A stretch of 64,000 nt of DNA from an uncultured Nitrososphaerota archaeon (GTDB lineage Archaea; Thermoproteota; Nitrososphaeria; Conexivisphaerales; DTJL01), in contig CAWJIE010000005.1 in the NCBI GenBank assembly GCA_963842885.1, forward strand, positions 256,001-320,000, given 5' to 3'. The translations under genes were made by a program, and so were the position numbers. Shown here in pieces: positions 52,404-62,844 of the stretch. Under the pieces are notes generated by a model, which had not been told where the DNA came from, made no database searches, and saw nothing but the letters and a program-made list of their open reading frames with translations. Within the stretch, counting starts at the first letter, position 1. Each line of letters opens with the position of its first letter.

Positions 52404-52836
52404 CGATACCGAGATGATTATAATCGTGGGTCGATAGATAAGCATTCCTCTCTCCGGTCAAGCGATTAGCTTCATTTTCGGCCTTGATTGGCTCCATGGC
52501 CCAGCTGGGCGTTTGATGCCTTGGAGGACCTTCGCCTGGACCTGGCCGTGCGGAGGTCTACCTAGTATCACACAAGAAAATGGAATATTTGCGGCCCTCC
52601 AGGCAAGTGAATCGAAGCGGAGGGACGGTGGATGACGAAGGCCGTGGGGGCTGTGGGCGATGGAACCAAAGCGGGAGAAGAATCACAAATCTCAGCGGCC
52701 CGGGGGTCCTTCCGCTGGCTTGGTAAGGACTATAATATGACGTTCTTGCACTCGGATGGCCCTTGGGCCGGTAGAAGCCCCATATGTTAAACTGACATTT
52801 AATATAGTCGACCGTATGACCCAATCTTGACTACAT

Positions 52837-53280
52837 ATGAAATCACGCAGAGCGATCAGTCCTGTCATCGCCACAGTCATACTCATCGCCGTAGCCGTGG
52901 CGCTGGGTATAGCAGTGGCCGTATGGGCAGGAGCACTCACGAGCAACCTCCAGAAGAGCGAGAAGCTGGTGATCTACGCCTACACCTATGGCAATGGCGC
53001 CACCGAACAACTGAACATATCCGTAACCAACAACAGCCCTGGCACGTCCACCATCACGGGCGTTCTCTTCAACAACGTTCCTATCTCAGGCACGTTCGGG
53101 GTGAACAGCACTGTGTCAACTTCGTCCCTCCCTCAGACCTTGGGCTCTGGTGCGCCAGTTACCACGTTCACTTTCGCACAGGCCAACCTGGGGACAGTGG
53201 TGTCGTCTGGGATAACGTATCCAATAACCATAGAGACAGCAGCCGGCAACAGCTATCCGAGCACAGTCGTTTGGCAATAG
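52837..53280 (+). CDS. Archaeal type IV major pilin, copy 1
   Basis: Class III signal 'RRA|ISPVIATVILIAVAV'; TTTAATA box at 52798. Confidence 0.92.
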   Translation: MKSRRAISPVIATVILIAVAVALGIAVAVWAGALTSNLQKSEKLVIYAYTYGNGATEQLNISVTNNSPGTSTITGVLFNNVPISGTFGVNSTVSTSSLPQTLGSGAPVTTFTFAQANLGTVVSSGITYPITIETAAGNSYPSTVVWQ

Positions 53281-53291
53281 GTTGATTGTAC

Positions 53292-53735
53292 ATGACTAAA
53301 CGTAGAGCAATCAGTCCTGTCATCGCCACAGTCATACTCATCGCCGTAGCCGTGGCGCTGGGTATAGCAGTGGCCGTATGGGCAGGAGCACTCACGAGCA
53401 ACCTCCAGAAGAGCGAGAAACTAGTGATCTACGCCTACACCTATGGCAATGGCGCCACCGAACAACTGAACATATCCGTAACCAACAACAGCCCTGGCAC
53501 GTCCACCATCACGGGCGTTCTCTTCAACAACGTTCCTATCTCAGGCACGTTCGGGGTGAACAGCACTAGCTGAACTTCGAAACTCCCTCAGACCTTGGGC
53601 TCTGGTGCGCCAGTTACCACGTTCACTTTCGCACAGGCCAACCTGGGGACAGTGGTGTCGTCTGGGATAACGTATCCAATAACCATAGAGACAGCAGCCG
53701 GCAACAGCTATCCGAGCACCGTCGTCTGGCAATAA
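53292..53735 (+). pseudogene. Pilin copy 2, near-identical, with in-frame TGA at 53571
   Basis: Same 444-nt length as copy 1; the frame continues past the TGA to ...VVWQ*. Confidence 0.8.
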
Positions 53736-53745
53736 GTCACACCTA

Positions 53746-53767
53746 TTTTCTTTTATTTGTTTTTCTT
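53746..53767 (+). terminator. Archaeal oligo-T terminator
   Basis: T-rich tract (ttttcttttatttgtttttctt) immediately after pilin copy 2. Confidence 0.65.
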
Positions 53768-53925
53768 GTCACCTGACAGCCTAGCGAACGCTCTGCTCGA
53801 AGAGCCTGCTAGCTACTGCGCTTGCTTCGTCGGAGCTGGATTGGCGAAGACTAGTGGTCGCCCCAACGTGAGAGGCCCCGCGTGCTGGTCTGGCATTTAA
53901 ATCTTGGCGGGTCAGACCTAAGCGC

Positions 53926-54330
53926 ATGGAACAGCGGGTCAGTCGTAGAGCAATCAGTCCTGTCATCGCGACGGTCATACTCATCGCCGTAGCAGTGGCG
54001 CTGGGCATCGCCGTTGCCGTATGGGCTGGAGCATTGACCCAAGGTGTTCAGCGAACTGACAAGCTCATAGTGATCAACACGTTTGTAGTAAATGGGTCGC
54101 TCGACATACAGGTGCAGAACCGGAGTCCCTATGCGGTTTCCATAGCCATCATCAGCTTCAACAGTGCAGTCGTGCCTCTAGGTGACGTCTCTGGGAACTA
54201 CTCCAATATTGGCTCGGGGTCATCCTCAGTGCTGGTACTCAATGTCACCGGACAGTCTGGGATTACCTACCCCATCACGATCATGCTGACCTCCGGAACC
54301 AGCTATCCTGCTGTGGTCGCTTGGCCTTAG
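53926..54330 (+). CDS. Archaeal type IV pilin 3 (divergent head)
   Basis: Same N-terminal helix as copies 1 and 2; own TTTAAA box at ~53896. Confidence 0.9.
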   Translation: MEQRVSRRAISPVIATVILIAVAVALGIAVAVWAGALTQGVQRTDKLIVINTFVVNGSLDIQVQNRSPYAVSIAIISFNSAVVPLGDVSGNYSNIGSGSSSVLVLNVTGQSGITYPITIMLTSGTSYPAVVAWP

Positions 54331-54562
54331 GCCGGATACAGATCCGTAGCAAGATTCCACTTTTCTTGAGGAGACACGTCGCTCGTCTCCCAGCATCATC
54401 GACTCCTTTGCGGCGGTGGCCAAATCCCATGACAGTCTCATCGCTGCTTGCCTTTTAGGTCGTGGGCTGCGAAGCCGCCGGACCCGCCAGCGGCTGATGG
54501 CCAATCTGCTCCGTGCCTCCAAAGGTTAAATACTTCTCCGGGCCCAATTTGTTTCCAAGGAC

Positions 54563-56299
54563 TTGCCAGTCGACACATTCGCCTACGTAAACTTCCACCG
54601 CCTGGGCCGACGAATACTGGCCTCTAGTAGGTCCATGCCCACTCAGCTGCAGGCGGCCAACATTAGATTGCACCCGGAAGTGTATGCTTCGATAGTGGGG
54701 ATGTTCACCGTTCTATCCGTGGTGGTTGCGGTTCCCTTGGCAATCTTGGGCGCTCTGTTCGTCAGTCCCTTTGCCCTTCTTGCTCTGATCATCCCCCTCG
54801 TTGTTTTCGGATTCCTGATGGTATATCCATCGTTCGTGGGCCAGAACCGAGCCTACAACCTCGAGAGCGAAGTCCCGTACGCGGCGGCCTACGTGAGCGT
54901 GATGTCGACGGGAGGGATCTCTCCTTACAAAGCGATACAGCGGCTGCGGAACGTCAAGCTTCTGCCCAGCCTGTCCAGCGCTGCGTCCATCATGGCCGTG
55001 GACGTGGAGGCCATCGGGATGGATCCCGTCTCCGCCATGGAGAGCATGGCGAAGGCCCTTCCCTCTCCTGACTTCAAGGACCTAATCCTTGGTTATGCTT
55101 CGACCCTGACCGTGGGCGGAGATGTCGTTCATTACCTCCAAAGGAAGGCCTACAACATTTTTGAGAACAGGGCCAGGAACGTGAAAGGCATTGGAGAAAG
55201 GGTCACCCTTGTCATGGAGACCTACACGATTACGGTGATTCTCCTGGCTTTGGGCATTTACATCCTCTTCATCGTTTCGAAGATCCTCCCCGCCGCAGGT
55301 TCGATGTTCGGGACCGGAAGCTTCGTGATGTTCGGGTATTTCCTGCTCCCAGGTCTTACGGTGTTGTTTCTGTTCTTGCTGGACATGTTCGAACCGAGAT
55401 ATCCCCTGGCCGACTGGCGGCCCTATGAGGTGCTGGCGGTGACGCTTCCCTTCACGCTGATCGCGACATATTATACGGTCTTTCCCTATTACATACAGAT
55501 AAACAGCCCACTCAAGTCATACGTCTCTGGTCTCGCGAGCGCCTTGCGACTGAACGTCGGCTACTCCCCAGCCTTGTCATTGGCCCTCGTGATGGCTTTC
55601 ACTTTTCTCCCGGCCGCTATCGTGGCGCAGAAGGCCAGCAGCGAACAAAGTCAGGTGAGTTCTCAGCTGGTCAGCTTTCTTAGGGACCTGGTGGAAATCA
55701 GGAAGACCGGCATGGCCCCTGAGAGATGCATCCAGATGTTGGCCAAGAGGGACTATGGTAAGTTCTCAAAGAGAGTGCAACGGATTTCAAACAAGCTGGG
55801 ATGGGGGATCTCTTTCACCCAGATTCTCGATCAGGAACTGGGAGGAATAAAGAACTGGTTTGTGGCCATCAACATATTCCTCCTCATTGACAGCATTGAC
55901 GTCGGAGGGGGGACACCTGAGACCCTGGAGTCCTTGGCCGCCTTTGGTGAGCAGATCGAGTTGCTCGAAAAGGAGAAGGCCTCCACGCTGAAGCCCCTGC
56001 TTCTCATCCCCTATATCGGCGGTCTGACGACGCTGCTCACGGCTACGGTCATGATGGCCTATATGCAGAATCTTTCCCAGATGTCGCACTTCGCCTTCTC
56101 CTTCTCAGATTTCGCTCTGCTCTTCCTTCCGCCGGTCGTAATGAACACGGTGCTCGCGGGGCTTGTAGCTGGAAAGGCCAGCGGGGAGAAGATTTGCGCG
56201 GGCTTCATACATGCCTTTGTGCTCGGGCTTGCGGTCGTGGTCTGTCTTGCGTTGATGCCGTATCTCACGGGGGCTCTCTCCTTGTCGAGTGGTTCTTGA
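54563..56299 (+). CDS. Pilus membrane platform (T2SSF, TadC/FlaJ-like, two domains)
   Basis: 'ESEVPYA...MSTGG', 'FLRDLVEIRKTG', 'VGGGTPETL'; aaaggTTAAATA promoter at 54521. Confidence 0.9.
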   Translation: MPVDTFAYVNFHRLGRRILASSRSMPTQLQAANIRLHPEVYASIVGMFTVLSVVVAVPLAILGALFVSPFALLALIIPLVVFGFLMVYPSFVGQNRAYNLESEVPYAAAYVSVMSTGGISPYKAIQRLRNVKLLPSLSSAASIMAVDVEAIGMDPVSAMESMAKALPSPDFKDLILGYASTLTVGGDVVHYLQRKAYNIFENRARNVKGIGERVTLVMETYTITVILLALGIYILFIVSKILPAAGSMFGTGSFVMFGYFLLPGLTVLFLFLLDMFEPRYPLADWRPYEVLAVTLPFTLIATYYTVFPYYIQINSPLKSYVSGLASALRLNVGYSPALSLALVMAFTFLPAAIVAQKASSEQSQVSSQLVSFLRDLVEIRKTGMAPERCIQMLAKRDYGKFSKRVQRISNKLGWGISFTQILDQELGGIKNWFVAINIFLLIDSIDVGGGTPETLESLAAFGEQIELLEKEKASTLKPLLLIPYIGGLTTLLTATVMMAYMQNLSQMSHFAFSFSDFALLFLPPVVMNTVLAGLVAGKASGEKICAGFIHAFVLGLAVVVCLALMPYLTGALSLSSGS

Positions 56300-56300
56300 G

Positions 56301-57182
56301 ATGACACCCCGCAGAAGAGCGATATCACCCATCATATCTACCATGATTATCACGGCCACTACTTTGGTCCTGGTCATAGGCATACTAGCCTATTCGAACA
56401 ACCTGTTCAACACCCAGACGGAGAACGGAGAGTTCGCACAGGCTCAGACGGCGATGACGAATCTCGCCGACTACGTCGAAAGCGTCGCCACCAGGCAAGG
56501 CTCGTCCGCCTATGTCACTTTCAGCACGCGTTCGGGTGGGCCCGCTTGGAATCCTTCGATAGATAGCATCAGCGTGACGGTCAACATCAAGGGGCAGGCG
56601 AACAACATCACAAACGGGGTGCAGGGCAACTACACTGTGTTCAGCGGAATCGTCAACCAGCTCCTGTTCAAGGCAGGAAGCGCGGTGGGCACAACGTCAC
56701 TGAATACGGTACAGGGCAAGAACGCCCCGTTTGTCCTTAACAACAATGCCTCTATGGGATGGGTCTACACGAACCAGTCGAACGGAGCCGTGGTGGGCTT
56801 GAACTTTGACAGAGTGGGCATCGTCGACCTGGGGTATCTGAACGTGACCTCCGGTAGCAGCGCTAGCCCGGCCTTTAACTACATCCACCTCATCCAGGTC
56901 ACCTTCATCAACTTCACCTTTGGGAACGTGACAGGGGGCGCCAGAAACGTAGTTGTCACGAATACGGGCTTGAGCGTGATCTCAGAACCCCTCTATTTTA
57001 GCGGCAACCCCACCAATCCCTATTACCTCTACGTGAACGTGAGTCAGAGTTCAGGGTCTACCCAGGTCGCCAACATGACGATTTCACCTGGGGCCGTCAC
57101 GGACAACATTTCCGGCTACGTCCCCGTGAACGTCGTAATCGAAGTGGTCTCGGTGACGATCAGGATAGACTTCGTGGGGTAG
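56301..57182 (+). CDS. Pilin-like protein with class III signal
   Basis: 'RRRA|ISPIISTMII'. Confidence 0.8.
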   Translation: MTPRRRAISPIISTMIITATTLVLVIGILAYSNNLFNTQTENGEFAQAQTAMTNLADYVESVATRQGSSAYVTFSTRSGGPAWNPSIDSISVTVNIKGQANNITNGVQGNYTVFSGIVNQLLFKAGSAVGTTSLNTVQGKNAPFVLNNNASMGWVYTNQSNGAVVGLNFDRVGIVDLGYLNVTSGSSASPAFNYIHLIQVTFINFTFGNVTGGARNVVVTNTGLSVISEPLYFSGNPTNPYYLYVNVSQSSGSTQVANMTISPGAVTDNISGYVPVNVVIEVVSVTIRIDFVG

Positions 57183-57186
57183 GAAA

Positions 57187-57735
57187 ATGCCACACGTGGT
57201 CATCGCCAACGTCATCGGCACCGTCATGCTCATAGGAATCCTGGGCATAGTGACAGTGATATCCGTGACGGTGGCCGCCCAGATGTCGGCTGAGACGGTG
57301 CAGTCGGGGCTCCAGGAAGTTGCGCAGTACGTTTCGAGCCAGGTCATGACCATGGCGACCCTGGTCTCCTCTTCGCCTCAGGCGAACCTGACTGCGTTCA
57401 AGTTCCTCAACCTGCCGAGCTCGCTAGGGTACTACGGGTATTCCATAACCCTTACGAACGCGACCAGCGGTCCCAACGACGCCGTGGGTTGGAAGATCGT
57501 CGCCTACCTGGATTCGATGCCAAGCGTAACGGCTGAATCGGTGTTGAACTTTCAGTCTGGCATCGTCGTCATCTCCAGTGGCTCCGTTTCAACAGTAATA
57601 ACCATGACTTCGACGATACATAGCGGCCAGGCCGGCGCACTGAATTCGGTGACGGCGGCGGTCATCGTTGCGCAGAGCGTGAACGGTCAAGCTCAGATCG
57701 GTTTGGGGGTAAGCTCCGTTGGACGTAACGTTTGA
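57187..57735 (+). CDS. Minor pilin-like protein
   Basis: N-terminal hydrophobic helix, 'LQEVAQYV', 'LNLP....GYSI.L'. Confidence 0.7.
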   Translation: MPHVVIANVIGTVMLIGILGIVTVISVTVAAQMSAETVQSGLQEVAQYVSSQVMTMATLVSSSPQANLTAFKFLNLPSSLGYYGYSITLTNATSGPNDAVGWKIVAYLDSMPSVTAESVLNFQSGIVVISSGSVSTVITMTSTIHSGQAGALNSVTAAVIVAQSVNGQAQIGLGVSSVGRNV

Positions 57736-58939
57736 ATACATATTGGCCGTCATCGCGATCTTCCTCATGCTCTCCACTTCGATATACGTGGTTACGAACA
57801 TGACTTCGAATCAACTGGGGCAGGTCGGCGAACAGCAGCTCACGCCCCTGGTGGAGCAACTCATGGACAAGCTGATACTCACCGCCGGTTCGCCGGCTGG
57901 CTGGGGATACAACTTGAGCATCGGCAACGCTACACTTCAAGATTTCGGCTTGGCGTCCTCGGTGGTGTCGGCCGCCTACAACGTCGATCCTGCGAAGGTT
58001 GAGCGGCTCTTCAACTCTTCATCCACGATCGTCAACCCGGAGTACATCGCCCCGCTGGTTGTGGGCAATCTGACAGGCCTGTACACGGGGAACCACTGGG
58101 CCTATGGTTTCATGCTACAGATTGTGCCCTCCCTTAACATATCCGTCGGGGTCCCAAACAGCAACTGGGCGGTCACCGTGCATGTCCAGACGTCCGACAG
58201 TGTGCCTGCCATCGGTGCGTCCGTGACCGGGGAGTACTTCGGATTCTTCGTCAACACCACCGCCTTGCCAGCAGGTTCCTTCACATATAATGCGACTTCT
58301 GCGAGCTCGATTGCTGACTATGCCGGTAATGCGACCTTGAATTTCGGCGCCCCTCCGGCCCCCCCAAGTGGCAGCAGCAGCTCTTCAGCCGTCTACGTCT
58401 TGGTCGTCCAGGCGAACTACCTCGGCTTGGTCTCAAGTACTTCCAGTCAGGTTTCTACTTGGTCTCAATCTCCGCCCAGCTGCGGCGCCTTGGTCGTCAG
58501 CCAGTACCTGCTCGCAAACTCAAGTGTTAGCAATGGCTGTTCTTGGAATGGATACCCCTACCCCTCGGGCTATCCGAGCTCGAGCGTGTCGGTCATCGAG
58601 ATAACCGACAACCTCAATCTTCTGGTGAATCCAAGCACCGATCTGACGGGAGTCTACAACGCGATTCCTAATCTAGGAACGTCTCCCCTGCATGTCTTCG
58701 CACTTGGCAATGCCGTGTCATCGGGCGTCATTCTCGCCGGTGTCCTGGTCAACGCAGGGGCGAATGGCTTCTTCTTCGTGTCTGCCCCTGTGCCTCCTCC
58801 GATCGCTTACTCTTCTCTTTCGTCTGGTTTGAACCTATCAAACGTACGCTTGCTTAGCGCGCCGACGGTGGAAAGATACGTTCTTATAGGCAGGGAGACT
58901 TATTCAGCGTACCTCACCGTTTGGAGGATCAGCACTTGA
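57719..58939 (+). CDS. Minor pilin-like/secreted protein
   Basis: 'TFEY' + TM, 'LILTAGSPAGWG', 'DFGLA'. Confidence 0.7.
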   Translation: MDVTFEYILAVIAIFLMLSTSIYVVTNMTSNQLGQVGEQQLTPLVEQLMDKLILTAGSPAGWGYNLSIGNATLQDFGLASSVVSAAYNVDPAKVERLFNSSSTIVNPEYIAPLVVGNLTGLYTGNHWAYGFMLQIVPSLNISVGVPNSNWAVTVHVQTSDSVPAIGASVTGEYFGFFVNTTALPAGSFTYNATSASSIADYAGNATLNFGAPPAPPSGSSSSSAVYVLVVQANYLGLVSSTSSQVSTWSQSPPSCGALVVSQYLLANSSVSNGCSWNGYPYPSGYPSSSVSVIEITDNLNLLVNPSTDLTGVYNAIPNLGTSPLHVFALGNAVSSGVILAGVLVNAGANGFFFVSAPVPPPIAYSSLSSGLNLSNVRLLSAPTVERYVLIGRETYSAYLTVWRIST

Positions 58940-59484
58940 AACGCAATAGAAGAGGGATTGCCAGGCTAGTGGAAGTGATCATGGCAAGTGCTCTGTTGGT
59001 AGCCTCTTTGAGCGTAAGTTATTTCTATCTCGTGGCAGCGAACCCGATCACTCTGAGAGGCCAAAGCGACCTAGATAGAATGGGCTATGACCTCCTGGGC
59101 ACGTTGTCCAGCCAGGGCGGGTTCGATACTTCCATAGTGAACTCCGCCGGAGCGCCCGTGGCGTACTTTGAAAACGGGCTGACGGTCACGCTGGGCAGCG
59201 TCTTGCCTGTGGGGATCTTGTTCAACCTCACTGTGTACGAGGCTGTGAACTCTACCGGAGCTCCTCTGACGGTGGCGACCGGGCTGAGTACCGCTCAGCT
59301 TTTGGTGCTCAACAGCGTTTCCGACCCTGCAGGTGGGCTGATAACGAACGCGCAGTCGTCCGCGTTTCTCCACACTGGAGTGACGGCTCAGATCACCTAT
59401 CTCTACACGACGAAGATCTTTCCGAACGGCAACTTCTTCATTCTGGTGTTCATGCTGCAGCTGGCTGAGGCGGAGGCGGCATAG
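58936..59484 (+). CDS. Minor pilin-like protein
   Basis: 'KRNRRG|IARLVEVIMA' class III-like signal. Confidence 0.75.
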   Translation: MKRNRRGIARLVEVIMASALLVASLSVSYFYLVAANPITLRGQSDLDRMGYDLLGTLSSQGGFDTSIVNSAGAPVAYFENGLTVTLGSVLPVGILFNLTVYEAVNSTGAPLTVATGLSTAQLLVLNSVSDPAGGLITNAQSSAFLHTGVTAQITYLYTTKIFPNGNFFILVFMLQLAEAEAA

Positions 59485-59493
59485 GGGCTGGGC

Positions 59494-62400
59494 ATGATGA
59501 GATTGCCTTTCAGAAGACGCCGTGCGCAGATGATCGTGTTGGCAGCTCTCGTAATGTCCCTCATGATCCTCTCTGTGACGATTTCAATCTATCAAGCCTC
59601 CACCGATTACCAACAGCTTACGTACGATCAGACAACTGAGATCGTACAGAACCTCAACGGGGACTTCGGTCGGGCTCTGGTGAACATCTTGGCGAATCTC
59701 ACACAGAGCTACTATGTCCTAGCCGAGATGAACACCCCCAGATATCAGGCGTTCGAGCTGTACTCATCCTGGACCTTGGCGGCAGCCCGGGCCTATGAAG
59801 CGGAGGGCGTCCAGCTCAGCTTCAGCACTCCATCCAGCGGGCTGATCCAGCCCGCAGGGAACTTCTACGGTTACAGCGCGCCAAGCGAGTACGTCGGCAA
59901 CCTCACCAAGCTCTACTGGTACGGACCGCAGGACCTTTCAGCCATCTACGCGACGTACAATGTCAACGTGACCGGCCTCGGCTTCTACAATTGGCACGAG
60001 GAGGAGACCTACCTCCTCAACATGACGATGGACGCAAGTCAGGCAGACTTCATGAACCAGACGAAGACGGTCATCAACGGAGTGAGCTACCCCGTGCTCA
60101 ACGTTACGATTGACAAGGAGGGAGGCGCTCCCGTCCAGGACCTCTCAGCTTCGAACTTCTGGGTGGAGTACTTCGATGTGGGCCACAACGCCTGGTTGAA
60201 CGCGACCCTCTTGGTTCAGAACCTTGGCGGTGGAGTTTATTCTTTATACGTCGCGCAGGCCAACGGCCAGCCCATGCCTGATCCTTACTGGAAGTACCTT
60301 CTAGTGACTTGTGAAGATAATCGCGGCATCATGGTGGAGGGATATACGTACACCTATGTGGACATCACGGTCCAGGAGAACGCCCTCTCAGCCTACACCT
60401 CGGCCAAGCCCTCCGAGACATACGACCTTGAGATGCTCTCCAACGGCTCCTTGATGTGGTACAACACCATCCTTCTCCCTAGCGGGATTCAGGTCCCGAG
60501 CGGCGTGGTCGAATATGTGCCTCTGAATCTCACCAACTCGCAGGGCGGCGCGGTGGCCGGAGGCTCCCAGATATACCTGAACGTGAACTGGGCCAGCTAC
60601 GCTGCCTTCTTGGATAACCCGGTGGACAATTATGTGTTCTTCAACGCGACTGGCTACCCCCTGAACAGCTGGCTCGAGAATGGGACATCCTCCTCTTCGA
60701 CCAATTCGCGCATCTGGTTGCAGCTCGACTCCAATGGCATAGCAGCCAATAGCAACTACACCGTCTATCTGGGGTTCTATTCCAGGGGAGAGAACGTCCT
60801 GGGCGTGAACAGCGCGACCGGATGGGCTCCCACCCTCTCCAGCCCGTACGGGGTCTATGACAATGGCGCCCAAGTGTTCACTTTCTACGACAACTTCACT
60901 GGAACGTCCCTGTCGTCAGCGTGGACGAAGGTGGGAGGCGGGACCGTTGCCGTGAACAACGGGACCACGTTCACGACGACTTCGGGTAATGGGTACGTGT
61001 TCATAGCGTCGGGTGTCCTGACCGCGCCTCTCATCGCAGAGGCCTACATGACTTCGGCGGGCTCTTCGACGAATCCCATCTTGGGAGTCTCGACCTCTGC
61101 TTCGGTCTCCAGCGGCAACAAGGGGCTCTACAACGGATACTCCATCGGATGGGCGTCCCCCAACCTATCTCTTCTCTATCTGACATCAACGGGACCCACG
61201 ACCGTGCAGAGTGTGGGTGCCAGTTTCAACTCCGGGGTCTGGCAGCTCAACTGGTCGGCCACGGCGAGTCAGTTCGGGAGCGACGGCGTGAACACGCTGA
61301 AAGGGACGAACAGCGGGGTTGCCATAGCCAACTATAGGGTGTACGTAGGGCAGGCGCAGTCAGGGATTGGCAGCAACGCCGTCCAGTGGGTGAGGATGCG
61401 GTCGGAGCTTCCGGGGGGCGTCAACCCCAGTGCCCAGTTCGGCCAGGCCACTCTGCCTTCTGAGACAGTTCCGATACCCATCCCTCCGGTCAAGCAGCTC
61501 AGGGTCAACGCCACCATTTCGGGCCCCAGTGACCTTGGCGACTTGACCAGCAACACGGTGCTTAGCCAGGTGGAGGTCTGGAGTCAAAACCTTACCACTC
61601 CTTCGATGTACTTTGCTGACTGGCAGCTCAGATTCAACTCCACTGATAAGCTGGTGTTCTTCCTCAACTACAGCACGTCCAATGTGCACCAGCAGACGGC
61701 AAGGATCTACTGGCTCACCGACAGCGACGCTTCGCCTCCACAGTTTCTCATAGGGATTACTCCGAGTTCCGGCTTCGTGGATATCAACAATGCGGCGTAC
61801 ACGCTGAGACTTCTCAACAATGCCAGCGCCAGCTTGAACATTGACTATTCGATCAACATGACCTTCAAAGGGTATGACATAGAATCCGAATTCAACGCGA
61901 TCGGATGGTTACCCACACAAGGCTGGGAGCCCAATTGGCTCCCCGGGGGAGACTGGAACGACAGCACTCCCCAATCGTTCATCATCGCAGGGCCCGTTAG
62001 AGCGGTGGCGTTCAGGAGCTCTAGCAACGACACCATTTTCGGCTTCTCCGGTGGAAATCCCACCGAGAAGTTTGTTGTGCCGGGGCCCTTTAGCCACTCG
62101 GACATGCTCCTGATACCCTACGACACGAACTACGTCCAAGTCTACGAGACGTACACCTGGACACAGGCACTCACCAATTACAGTCTCGCAAACATGATTA
62201 CACTAATCGCTGGGATCTATCAGGGAGGTCAGGAAGTACATCCCTTTACGGGCGCCTTGTGGGCTTATTCGCATGCCGACGGAAGCACTCCGACCGGCAA
62301 TTCGTACCCAAACACCGGCACTGCGACATCCAACCTAGGGAGTTGGTATGCCATGTACAACGGCTCTGTGGGAGAGGCGGTAATGGGTGGTTCCAGCTTC

Positions 62401-62670
62401 ATCAGCGCGCTCAACCAGTGGGGCAAACAAGAATACTATATGTGGTATTCCGGAGACCTTCGATATGCTGCGTGGGCGTGCCAGCAGCCGCCCTGGGTCA
62501 ATAGCAACATCCTCATAGACCTCGGTACCCTGCCACAGACATTCACCTACACGGCCGCGCTCTGGACCTTCAGCGGGTACGCTTCGTCGAACCTGACGAA
62601 CCTTCCTCCCAACATCTACTACAAGATGTTCCTTCAGCCTTTCTATCCTACCATCGTGCCTTCCCCTTAG
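59494..62670 (+). CDS. Giant pilin-like adhesin with DUF2341-like domain
   Basis: 'RRRA|QMIVL' signal; 'PLNLTNSQ...LNSWLE...IW...YDNGAQVFTFYDNF'. Confidence 0.8.
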   Translation: MMRLPFRRRRAQMIVLAALVMSLMILSVTISIYQASTDYQQLTYDQTTEIVQNLNGDFGRALVNILANLTQSYYVLAEMNTPRYQAFELYSSWTLAAARAYEAEGVQLSFSTPSSGLIQPAGNFYGYSAPSEYVGNLTKLYWYGPQDLSAIYATYNVNVTGLGFYNWHEEETYLLNMTMDASQADFMNQTKTVINGVSYPVLNVTIDKEGGAPVQDLSASNFWVEYFDVGHNAWLNATLLVQNLGGGVYSLYVAQANGQPMPDPYWKYLLVTCEDNRGIMVEGYTYTYVDITVQENALSAYTSAKPSETYDLEMLSNGSLMWYNTILLPSGIQVPSGVVEYVPLNLTNSQGGAVAGGSQIYLNVNWASYAAFLDNPVDNYVFFNATGYPLNSWLENGTSSSSTNSRIWLQLDSNGIAANSNYTVYLGFYSRGENVLGVNSATGWAPTLSSPYGVYDNGAQVFTFYDNFTGTSLSSAWTKVGGGTVAVNNGTTFTTTSGNGYVFIASGVLTAPLIAEAYMTSAGSSTNPILGVSTSASVSSGNKGLYNGYSIGWASPNLSLLYLTSTGPTTVQSVGASFNSGVWQLNWSATASQFGSDGVNTLKGTNSGVAIANYRVYVGQAQSGIGSNAVQWVRMRSELPGGVNPSAQFGQATLPSETVPIPIPPVKQLRVNATISGPSDLGDLTSNTVLSQVEVWSQNLTTPSMYFADWQLRFNSTDKLVFFLNYSTSNVHQQTARIYWLTDSDASPPQFLIGITPSSGFVDINNAAYTLRLLNNASASLNIDYSINMTFKGYDIESEFNAIGWLPTQGWEPNWLPGGDWNDSTPQSFIIAGPVRAVAFRSSSNDTIFGFSGGNPTEKFVVPGPFSHSDMLLIPYDTNYVQVYETYTWTQALTNYSLANMITLIAGIYQGGQEVHPFTGALWAYSHADGSTPTGNSYPNTGTATSNLGSWYAMYNGSVGEAVMGGSSFISALNQWGKQEYYMWYSGDLRYAAWACQQPPWVNSNILIDLGTLPQTFTYTAALWTFSGYASSNLTNLPPNIYYKMFLQPFYPTIVPSP

Positions 62671-62844
62671 CCTCAGGTGTCAAGTCTTGGACGGGCTTCA
62701 TTGCGTTGATGGGCTCACGGAGGCTATCCCGCCGTCGCCATGCTGAATGGCTGGTATAGAGGTTGAGTGGGTCATAGGCTGCCAAGCGCAAGGATGCCCG
62801 AAAGGGGACGCGCACGGGAAAGGTTTATAATCGCTCCAATCATA

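Noticed and set aside
49375-52437. Long antisense or alternate-frame ORFs (e.g. 49375..50223, 49425..50330, 50440..51753)
   Set aside because: Shadows of strongly GC3-biased real genes
53571-53573. Selenocysteine or alternative-code reading of the TGA
   Set aside because: It aligns to Ser rather than Cys, and TGA ends many genes here
52837-53735. Diversity-generating retroelement TR/VR pair in the pilin duplicates
   Set aside because: Differences are not adenine-specific and no reverse transcriptase is present in the window
50400-56299. Archaellum (fla/arl) operon
   Set aside because: No FlaH/F/G or chemotaxis genes; pilin N-termini are of the ISPVIAT type
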